Assembly: GCA_023138875.1 (NCBI GenBank)
Contig: JAGLOO010000035.1
Span: 1,722 to 65,721, forward strand
Reading direction: 5' to 3'
DNA from: Bacteroidales bacterium
Lineage (GTDB): Bacteria > Bacteroidota > Bacteroidia > Bacteroidales > GCA-2748055
Length of the DNA stretch: 64,000 bases
Part shown: positions 37,001 to 44,392 of the stretch, in pieces
Position numbering within the stretch: position 1 is the stretch's first letter
How the letters are laid out: each line of letters starts with the position of its first letter
Position numbers and translations under genes: made by a program
The notes under the pieces: generated by a model
What the model was told of the DNA's origin: nothing
The model's input: the letters and a program-made list of their open reading frames with translations, nothing else
The model's database searches: none

Positions 37001-38227
37001 TCAGATTGCTGCTGCCTCCACCTCGCTGAGAACCCGCGTGAGGTTGCCACCCCAGATCTTCTTGATCTCTTTGGAGGTATAGCCGCGCCGAACCAGTTCC
37101 AGGGTGATGTTGCCTATCTGGCTCACGTCGTAACAATCGGACAGAGCGCCTCCACCGTCAAAATCGGTACCGATCCCCACATGGTTAATTCCCACTAGTT
37201 CAACAACATGGTCGATATGGTCCACCAGATCCCTCACTGTTGCCAGTTCCCTTGGAAAATTCCTGTCCACATCAAACCAGTCCACAAGGAAGGCCTCCTT
37301 CCCTTTCTCATCCAGATCGTAATAATTGCCATGTTTCATCCGCACGGCCATTCTGGCTGAATCGTGCCGGGGATTGGGAACCAGAGTTTTCACATAGAAG
37401 CTCACGAGGCACATCTGGATTACCCCGCCATTCTCTTTGAGCTTCAGAAGCATATCGTCGGTGAGGTTCCGTGGATTATCGCACAGGGCACGGACACAGG
37501 AATGGGAGGCAATAATGGGAGCCCGGCTTTGCTGAATCACATCGTAAAAGCCATCGTCCGATGTATGGGAAACATCGATCATGATCCCAAGGTCGTTCAT
37601 CCGGGCCACAGCCTGTTCACCAAAGGACGACAGACCACCATGTTCAATGGAATCAGAAGACGAGTCGCAGATATCATTGTTATTAGTGTGCACAATGGTA
37701 ACGTAACGGATTCCCCTGTCATAATATTTATCCAGCAGTCCGATCTCTTTTCCAATGGGATATCCGTTCTCCATGCCCAGGTAGATGGCATGTTTTCTTT
37801 TCCTTGCAATCCGTTTCAGGTCCGCCGCAGTTGTTGCAATTTCCAGGTCCTCCGAAAAGCGGTCCACCACAGCATAGATGGAGTCGGTGATCCTCAGGGC
37901 CTCCAGCATCGCTTTTTCGTTGCCCTCCGGGGTTCTTTCACCCTGACCCACAAAAACTACAAACCAGATCCCGTCCATTCCTCCTTCTTTCATCCTGGGC
38001 AGATCGATCTTGCTGTGGGCTTCCTGTGGATCGTTCCGCTGCCCGAAATCAAATCCGGGCCTCATGAAATGCAGAGGGGTATCGCTATGACTGTCCACAG
38101 TGAGTGATGCAGCGTGGATCCGGGCTGCTTTTTTTTCAAGTTTCGTTTCACTGTCAGCGCAGCCGGCAACGGCCATGGCCACTGCCACTGCCACTGCCAC
38201 TGCCAGGAGGATAAGAATAGGTCGCAT
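37001..38227 (-). CDS. Membrane dipeptidase (peptidase M19) lipoprotein
   Basis: The start MRPILILLAVAVAVAVAMAVAGC contains a lipobox. It has the VDSHSDTP zinc-ligand motif and renal-dipeptidase-like blocks (HTSD, ASHS, GIGTDFDG). The track's upstream extension to 38392 overlaps the preceding gene and was trimmed. Confidence 0.85.
   Translation of the reverse strand: MRPILILLAVAVAVAVAMAVAGCADSETKLEKKAARIHAASLTVDSHSDTPLHFMRPGFDFGQRNDPQEAHSKIDLPRMKEGGMDGIWFVVFVGQGERTPEGNEKAMLEALRITDSIYAVVDRFSEDLEIATTAADLKRIARKRKHAIYLGMENGYPIGKEIGLLDKYYDRGIRYVTIVHTNNNDICDSSSDSIEHGGLSSFGEQAVARMNDLGIMIDVSHTSDDGFYDVIQQSRAPIIASHSCVRALCDNPRNLTDDMLLKLKENGGVIQMCLVSFYVKTLVPNPRHDSARMAVRMKHGNYYDLDEKGKEAFLVDWFDVDRNFPRELATVRDLVDHIDHVVELVGINHVGIGTDFDGGGALSDCYDVSQIGNITLELVRRGYTSKEIKKIWGGNLTRVLSEVEAAAI
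38178..38204 (-). repeat. (GCCACT)4.5 hexanucleotide repeat encoding (Ala-Val)n in the lipoprotein signal peptide
   Basis: gccactgccactgccactgccactgcc on the plus strand. It is in frame with the dipeptidase signal peptide. Confidence 0.85.
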
Positions 38228-38228
38228 G

Positions 38229-40046
38229 TCAGTCTGATTTGGAAATGAACCGCTCCAGGATCGAGTCGTCGTTGATCTCTTTGGAAAGGGATGAGATGGT
38301 TTCCATGGGCACATCATACAGGTCCAGGACCAGCAATCCGTCCAGGGCATTGTTGAATTTAGGATCGAGGTTGAATCCAATGATCTTGCCATTCAGTTTC
38401 AGGTACCTTTTGAGCAGGATGGGCATGGTGTAATCGTTGGGCTCCACCTCCTTGATAAACCGGTCGAACTTATTCAGGTCATCGGCATTTTCGAGGATGA
38501 TCTCCTCATCCACATTGAACCCGCGTACATTGTATTTTGTACGGGGCCTGACATAGCGTGCCAGTTTGGCATCCAAATGATACTCCTTGATGTACTGCAT
38601 GATTAGTCCGCGTGAGAACTGAGAGAAGTTGTTGCTGATGCTCACCGGTCCGATCAGGTACCTGTACTCGTTGTGCTTCAGCAGGAAATAGAGGATCCCT
38701 TTCCACAGAAGGAAAAGTGGAAGGGGCCTGCGCTGGTACTCCTGCACGATAAATGAACGTCCCAGCTCAAGGGACTGCCTGAGGATGGGAATAAAGCGAC
38801 GGTTCATCCTGAACAGGCTCTGAAGGTAAAATCCCTTGAGCCCGTACCTTCTCAGGATCTCCTTTCCCTTTCCAACCCGGTATGCTCCCACAATTTTATG
38901 ATCCTGGTTATCCCACACAAATAGCTGGTTGTAATAAAGGTCGTACTCATCTAAATCCATGGAATGATTGGTCCCCTCTCCCACTGCCCGGAAGGTCACC
39001 TCCCGCAACCTTCCCAGTTCACTCATGATCCGGGGGATCTCAATACTGGGTGTACAGAACACCTCAAAATTATCGCTGGTAAAGAGTGTGTATTCCTCCC
39101 TGATTTTTTCAATCTCCCGGGAGATCGCATCGGACGGGACTGCATCGGCAATGGGTTCAACCCTTTTTCCCCTGTTGATCCGGGGCCTGAAGAATTTCTT
39201 TACTTCAAGCACTGAACCCAGCGCATAGGTTTTTGCACGCAGGTAGCGTCCATAGGTACTGATATCGGAAAAGTTGTCCTGCTCTTTTACGGTGATGGGA
39301 TTCCCGATGCGGATCCGGATCTTCTTCTGTTTTTTATTGAATATTTCAGATGGAAGGCGAACGGTCCTCAGGGAGGGATGGATCAGTCCCAGGATATGGA
39401 ACAGCCGGGAATTGGATCCCTGGAAATAGACCGGTACAACTGGGACCCTTGCTTTTTTGATCATTTTCATGGCAGGATACTGCCACTCCCTGTCACTGAT
39501 GCCATAGTTATCTTCGTTATAACTGGATACCTCTCCCGCCGGAAAGATCCCCAGCACCTTGCCCATATTTAAATGCTCCAGGGCCATCTTGACCCCTGTC
39601 AGGCTCGAGGCTGCATCCTTTCTTCTTTCGAACGGATTGACCGGAAGCATGTATTCTGAAACCGGTTCGATCTTATTGAGAATGAAATTGGACATCACCT
39701 TGATATCGGGCCTGACCCCGGTGAGTATCTTCACCAGGAGCATGCCGTCAATTCCTCCAAACGGATGGTTTGAAACGGTGATAACGGATCCTTCCAGTGG
39801 GATCTTCTTCAGCTCATCGTCACTCACCTTGTATTCCAGCTGTAATTTTTCGATGAGCGCATCAATGAAATCAAGACCCTGGTGCTGGCTCACCTCGTCG
39901 TATAATTTGTTGATCTTGTTGATGCGGAGTATGGTCATCAACACCTTGGCGGCACTGGTCCCGCCAAACCGCTTCAGCCTGGCAGCCTTAATAATCTCAT
40001 CGGTCTCTATAAGTTTCAATGTTATGGTTTTGGTTTTGCGCATCAC
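38229..40046 (-). CDS. olsF: Bifunctional acyltransferase, OlsF-like (N-terminal PlsC-type O-acyltransferase plus C-terminal GNAT/OlsB-like N-acyltransferase)
   Basis: 605 aa. The N-terminal half carries VSNHPFGGIDG and IFPAGEVS acyltransferase blocks. The C-terminal half has the OlsB/hemolysin-like GNAT pattern (AYRVGKG.EI......GLY.QSLF). The domain order matches the OlsF architecture described in Serratia and Flavobacterium. Confidence 0.65.
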   Translation of the reverse strand: MMRKTKTITLKLIETDEIIKAARLKRFGGTSAAKVLMTILRINKINKLYDEVSQHQGLDFIDALIEKLQLEYKVSDDELKKIPLEGSVITVSNHPFGGIDGMLLVKILTGVRPDIKVMSNFILNKIEPVSEYMLPVNPFERRKDAASSLTGVKMALEHLNMGKVLGIFPAGEVSSYNEDNYGISDREWQYPAMKMIKKARVPVVPVYFQGSNSRLFHILGLIHPSLRTVRLPSEIFNKKQKKIRIRIGNPITVKEQDNFSDISTYGRYLRAKTYALGSVLEVKKFFRPRINRGKRVEPIADAVPSDAISREIEKIREEYTLFTSDNFEVFCTPSIEIPRIMSELGRLREVTFRAVGEGTNHSMDLDEYDLYYNQLFVWDNQDHKIVGAYRVGKGKEILRRYGLKGFYLQSLFRMNRRFIPILRQSLELGRSFIVQEYQRRPLPLFLLWKGILYFLLKHNEYRYLIGPVSISNNFSQFSRGLIMQYIKEYHLDAKLARYVRPRTKYNVRGFNVDEEIILENADDLNKFDRFIKEVEPNDYTMPILLKRYLKLNGKIIGFNLDPKFNNALDGLLVLDLYDVPMETISSLSKEINDDSILERFISKSD

Positions 40047-40353
40047 ATATTACGTCAAGCGCACTACAAAGATAGGGAAAGTCGGTTGTGTGTGGCTCAT
40101 AAAAAAACCTTCCTGTTTTTTTTAATATTCAGATATAACAGAGTTGTTACATTTATCCCTGTGAACAGTACCTCTAAAAATACTCGTATCAGGCTGTCTG
40201 TCTGGTGCTTGTCTCTTCATCTAAAGCTTTGCAGAACCCTCCTGTGTGTAACAAACCTGTTACATTCTGTTTTCGAAAAACGGACCCTGGTCATTTCAAA
40301 CCACAGAGGTTTTCTCCTATCTTTACACACCATTGGAAATCTATTCTTATCTG

Positions 40354-41973
40354 ATGAAACGAATTCACAGGATCCTGCTGGCTCTGTTGTCAGCATTATT
40401 GCTTTCTATCCCTTTTTTCCGTTGGGGTACGGGACTGCTGCTCATGGTTGCATTTGTTCCGTTGCTCTTTGTGGAGGATGCCATAGCCAGGCAGAAAAGT
40501 GAGAAGAAAAAGGACTCCGGGAAGCAAAGTGGATCTGTTGTTTGGTGCACGATCCTCACGTTTGCCGTGTTCGTTATTCTTACAACCTACTGGGTAAAAC
40601 ATGCTGCCCTGGTGGGTATCATTGCGTCGGTGATCGTAAACACAACCTACATGACGCTGACTTTCTGGTTGTTTCATTTCACCAGGCGGAAACTGGGGGA
40701 CCGGTTGGGGTATGCCTCACTGGTGGTTTACTGGATGGCATTTGAATTCCTCTACCTGAGGGCAACCATTAATTTCCCCTGGCTGGTGCTGGGGAATGGA
40801 TTTGCCAATGATGTGATGCTGATCCAGTGGTACGAGGTGACCGGCACACTGGGCGGATCGCTGTGGGTTCTGCTGATGAACCTGCTGATATTCAAACTGA
40901 TCAGGGGATGGCTGACCAACCGTTCATTTGCCGCAAACAGAACACGGATTAGCTGGGTGGTGGGACTATTCCTGATCCCTTTCCTTTTTTCAATGATCAG
41001 GTACATAACCTATGAAGAGCAGGAGGATCCCTATGAAATTGTGGTATTGCAACCCAATATTGACCCCTACCTGAAATTTTCCGATATGCCCCAGGAGGTG
41101 CAAACCTCTCTCCTTCTCCGGATAGCCGATTCTCTGATCACCCCTCAGACAGATTATATTGTTGGGCCGGAGACATTCATTAACAGTGGTGTCTGGGAGG
41201 CGGGGATCGACCGGCATAAGGATGTGGTGGCCCTCAGACAATTTCTCTCTGATTACCCCGACGCCAAACTGGTCATAGGTGCCTCCACCCTTAGGTTGTA
41301 TACCGAGCCATCCCTGTACACATCCACCAGCCGGCCCATCCATAATGGAGAGTACCAGTACGATAGTTTCAACAGTGCATTTCAGCTCGACTCCTCCGGG
41401 GTAATCCCAATTTATCATAAATCGATGCTGGTGGCGGGTGTTGAACACATGCCGTATACACAGTTGCTCGGCTTTCTTAAAAAACTGACCTTAAAACTGG
41501 GAGGAGCCTTTCGCAGCAATGGCACCCAGGAATACCGGGAGGCCTTTGTCTCTCCACAGGATAGTACAAAGGTGGGGCCGGTGATCTGCTGGGAATCAGT
41601 ATTCGGGGAGTATGTGACCGAATATGTGAAGGATGCCGGAGCCCATTTCCTGTTTATTGTGACCAACGACGGATGGTGGAAGAATACCCCGGGCCACCGC
41701 CAGCACAACAGTTATGCCAGGCTGCGGGCCATAGAGACTAGGCGCAGCATTGCACGGAGTGCCAATACCGGCATCAGCTCGCTGATCAACCAGCGGGGCG
41801 AGGAACTGGCACGTGTGGGATGGTGGCAGCGATCCGGCCTGCGCGGCAACCTTAACAAGAACGGCCACATCACCTTCTACGTAAAACACGGCGACTACCT
41901 TGGGCGGATCGGTGTGTTCCTGACGGTTATCCTGCTTCTTTACAGTGTGGTGATCAGGTATATCAGGAGATAA
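40354..41973 (+). CDS. lnt: Apolipoprotein N-acyltransferase
   Basis: The N-terminal half has multiple TM helices. The C-terminal half is a CN-hydrolase domain with the catalytic Cys context VICWESVFGEY and ARSANTGISS. The start could be 40333 or 40354. Confidence 0.85.
   Translation: MKRIHRILLALLSALLLSIPFFRWGTGLLLMVAFVPLLFVEDAIARQKSEKKKDSGKQSGSVVWCTILTFAVFVILTTYWVKHAALVGIIASVIVNTTYMTLTFWLFHFTRRKLGDRLGYASLVVYWMAFEFLYLRATINFPWLVLGNGFANDVMLIQWYEVTGTLGGSLWVLLMNLLIFKLIRGWLTNRSFAANRTRISWVVGLFLIPFLFSMIRYITYEEQEDPYEIVVLQPNIDPYLKFSDMPQEVQTSLLLRIADSLITPQTDYIVGPETFINSGVWEAGIDRHKDVVALRQFLSDYPDAKLVIGASTLRLYTEPSLYTSTSRPIHNGEYQYDSFNSAFQLDSSGVIPIYHKSMLVAGVEHMPYTQLLGFLKKLTLKLGGAFRSNGTQEYREAFVSPQDSTKVGPVICWESVFGEYVTEYVKDAGAHFLFIVTNDGWWKNTPGHRQHNSYARLRAIETRRSIARSANTGISSLINQRGEELARVGWWQRSGLRGNLNKNGHITFYVKHGDYLGRIGVFLTVILLLYSVVIRYIRR
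41913..41966 (+). repeat. Direct repeat copy 1 (last 54 nt before the final two codons of lnt)
   Basis: tgtgttcctgacggttatcctgcttctttacagtgtggtgatcaggtatatcag matches 43201-43254 at 52 of 54 positions. The last 41 nt are identical. Confidence 0.9.
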
Positions 41974-43200
41974 ATACGCATAACGCATAACGCAACTTGC
42001 GTAATAAATAATATATAACTATCTTTACACAAAAAGTGTAAATGAATCCATTTTTATTAAAGGGGTATAAAAGCCCGGAGTATTTCTGTGATAGGGAAGC
42101 AGAAACAGAAACAATCCTCAGAGCAATCAAAAATCAGCAGGATATCACCTTATTTGCGGTTCGAAGAATCGGTAAATCAACATTACTTCACCATGTTTTT
42201 TTTAATTTAAAGAAGGAATTTGATTGTATCTATGCTGATATTTGGGGAACTACCTCTCTTAATGGATTCATTACTGAAACGGCAAACGCAGTTATTCAAA
42301 GCTCAGTATTCTCAAAAAGAAGTATTGGTAGAAAACTGACGGACTTTATAAAATCTATTGGTGCTTCTTTAAGTGTGGGAGTTGACGGAAAACCTTCTCT
42401 AGATATCATGTTCCACGATAAACAACAGGTTTTTAACAGATTGGAAGAGATTTTTATGCTTTTAGAGAACAATAAATTACCGGTAATTCTTGCTTTTGAT
42501 GAATTTCAGGAAATTAAAAATTACTCTGACGGGGTGCCGCTTGAAGCAAAATTGAGGAGTTTAGTACAAAAATATCAGAATATCAGATTTATTTTCAGTG
42601 GTAGTGAACAACATCTTCTGGCAGATATTTTTTCCGATTTACGTAAACCGTTTTATCAATCCACACGAATGATAGAATTGAAGAAAATAGCGGATGAGGA
42701 TTATCAAAACTTTATTCTTAATCACTTTTTAAAAGGGAAAAAGCGAATTAAGGATCAAATTATTGGTTATATATTATCTATTTGTCATGGACATACTTAT
42801 TATATTCAGGCCATCTGCAATTTCCTTTACAGCCAAACCAAAATGCCTGAATCCATTGCTGAGTTTGAAAGACTATATCTTGAATTCATTGCTGAAAAAC
42901 GAGTTTTTTACAGTGAGCTTCCCCAGCGATTAACAAAGCACCAATTCACAACCGTTAAAGCCATTGCCCGTAAAGGCGGTGTTAAAAGTCCAACTTCGGC
43001 TGACTTCATTAAGGAGGCTGAAGTAAATGGAGCAAGCAGCATGCAAAGGATATTAAAGGCTTTAAGAGAAAAACAGGTTATTATCAAAGATCAGGATTCA
43101 TATCGTTTATATGATGTTTTTCTTGAACACTATCTAAAATATATTGTTTGACCAGATCCAATCTAATCAAAACACCAGTGTACTAAACCGAATAACCAAC
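41967..43200 (+). mobile_element. Putative inserted gene cassette (AAA ATPase) bracketed by the 54-bp direct repeats; no recombinase inside
   Basis: The segment between the repeats is visibly AT-rich and holds one gene. Copy 2, read in the lnt frame, encodes VFLTVILLLYSVVIRYIRK plus a stop, which is a displaced alternative lnt 3' end. Confidence 0.4.
42042..43151 (+). CDS. AAA+ ATPase of the archaeal-ATPase/DUF234-like family with a C-terminal wHTH
   Basis: The N-terminus reads NPF...Y.SPEYFCDRE.E. Walker A is VRRIGKSTLL and Walker B is ILAFDEFQE. The C-terminal segment looks like a winged helix (TTVKAIARKGGVKSP...MQRILKALREKQVI). Confidence 0.8.
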   Translation: MNPFLLKGYKSPEYFCDREAETETILRAIKNQQDITLFAVRRIGKSTLLHHVFFNLKKEFDCIYADIWGTTSLNGFITETANAVIQSSVFSKRSIGRKLTDFIKSIGASLSVGVDGKPSLDIMFHDKQQVFNRLEEIFMLLENNKLPVILAFDEFQEIKNYSDGVPLEAKLRSLVQKYQNIRFIFSGSEQHLLADIFSDLRKPFYQSTRMIELKKIADEDYQNFILNHFLKGKKRIKDQIIGYILSICHGHTYYIQAICNFLYSQTKMPESIAEFERLYLEFIAEKRVFYSELPQRLTKHQFTTVKAIARKGGVKSPTSADFIKEAEVNGASSMQRILKALREKQVIIKDQDSYRLYDVFLEHYLKYIV

Positions 43201-43254
43201 TGTGTTTCTGACCGTTATCCTGCTTCTTTACAGTGTGGTGATCAGGTATATCAG
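43201..43254 (+). repeat. Direct repeat copy 2 (displaced lnt 3'-end fragment)
   Basis: See copy 1. It lies 34 nt upstream of the WYL regulator's ATG. Confidence 0.9.
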
Positions 43255-43287
43255 AAAGTAGCACTGCAATGCTATAGTCCAAGGAAA

Positions 43288-43983
43288 ATGAAACGAATTG
43301 AACGTCTAACTGGTATCATAACTTTCCTTCAATCAAGGAATTATACACCCATTGAAAGACTGATTGACAAATTCAATGTGAGTGAAAGAACAATTTACAG
43401 GGATATGGTTTCACTTCATGAGATTGGAGTCCCGATAACATATGAACAAAGCCACGGGTATTATATTCTCGATGATCACTTTATTCCACCTGTTTCATTC
43501 TCGGAAGAAGAGGCCGTGGCCCTGACACTGGCGGGCAGATTAATGAAAAGGTTTTCAGACAATAAGACCAATGAACATTTTGACAATGCGCTTGATAAGA
43601 TTAAATACGCCCTTAGTTCCCGGCAGAAAGAGATTATCGAAACAATCACCGATACAGTCAGGTTCCCTGCACTTGAATCAAGAAGCAATACAGAGAACCA
43701 TCTATATGCGGTTCAGAATGCGATCATTAAAAAGCGGATCCTGCATATTACTTATTTAAACAGACTGGATGAACTGTCTGAAAGAGAGATTGAACCTATT
43801 GGGCTCACTTTCTACTCGAATCAGTGGCACACCATTGCATTTTGCTGGAAAAGAGAAGCCTACAGGGACTTTATTATTTCCAGTATCCAGCAAATCAATA
43901 GCACATCAGTATCGTTTCGAAAACCGGATCACATTACACTGGATGAATATATCCTGGAACTGATAAATTCTTCAGGGCCCTGA
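43288..43983 (+). CDS. YafY-family transcriptional regulator (HTH plus WYL domain)
   Basis: The HTH reads MKRIERLTGIITFLQSR.YTPIERLIDKFNVSERTIYRDM..L.E.GVPI. The WYL block reads ILHITYLNRLDELSEREIEPIGLTFYSNQWHTIAFCWKREAYRDF. The track's upstream extension (43144) is created by the duplicated lnt fragment and was trimmed. Confidence 0.85.
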   Translation: MKRIERLTGIITFLQSRNYTPIERLIDKFNVSERTIYRDMVSLHEIGVPITYEQSHGYYILDDHFIPPVSFSEEEAVALTLAGRLMKRFSDNKTNEHFDNALDKIKYALSSRQKEIIETITDTVRFPALESRSNTENHLYAVQNAIIKKRILHITYLNRLDELSEREIEPIGLTFYSNQWHTIAFCWKREAYRDFIISSIQQINSTSVSFRKPDHITLDEYILELINSSGP

Positions 43984-44039
43984 CATACTGTTGTCAGTAT
44001 GAAGCTCTATATTTACTTACGGACCAATACTATTATATC

Positions 44040-44297
44040 ATGAAAACTTACAGAAACTGCCAAAGCTGCGGAATGCCGATGAAAAAAGATCCTCAGGGTG
44101 GCGGAACAGATTCAGACGGTTCCCGGAACCCGAAATTTTGTAGTTATTGTTATGTATCCGGGGCTTTTGTCCAGCCTGAAATGACAGTGGATGAAATGAA
44201 AGTCCTTGTTAAAGGAAAAATGATAGAGATGGGATTCCCAAAATTCCTTTCAGGTTTCTTCACCAAAGGCATCCCAAAACTTGAACGATGGAAATAA
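44040..44297 (+). CDS. Putative zinc-ribbon domain protein
   Basis: C.SCGMPM......GG.......N..FCSYCY..G.F....T..EM is the pattern of the small 'putative zinc ribbon' family. Confidence 0.65.
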   Translation: MKTYRNCQSCGMPMKKDPQGGGTDSDGSRNPKFCSYCYVSGAFVQPEMTVDEMKVLVKGKMIEMGFPKFLSGFFTKGIPKLERWK

Positions 44298-44392
44298 GCA
44301 ATCGCCATGTCAATTATTGATTTACTTGCCTCATCTCAGGGATCGAGAAAGCATCTCAAAGAAAGAGGCTGGAAAAGATCTTAAAATCCATA

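Noticed and set aside
38228-38392. The 55-codon N-terminal extension of the dipeptidase ORF given by the track.
   Set aside because: It overlaps the 3' end of the upstream acyltransferase gene. The internal Met at 38227 begins a textbook lipoprotein signal peptide.
40086-40502. ORF 40086-40502 (+) spanning the olsF/lnt intergenic region and overlapping the lnt start.
   Set aside because: It is out of frame with lnt and has no motifs. It covers what is more plausibly the divergent promoter region.
43144-43287. The 48-codon N-terminal extension of the WYL regulator ORF (TTG at 43144).
   Set aside because: The extension is read through the duplicated lnt 3' fragment in the wrong frame. The conserved YafY N-terminus starts at MKRIERL (43288).
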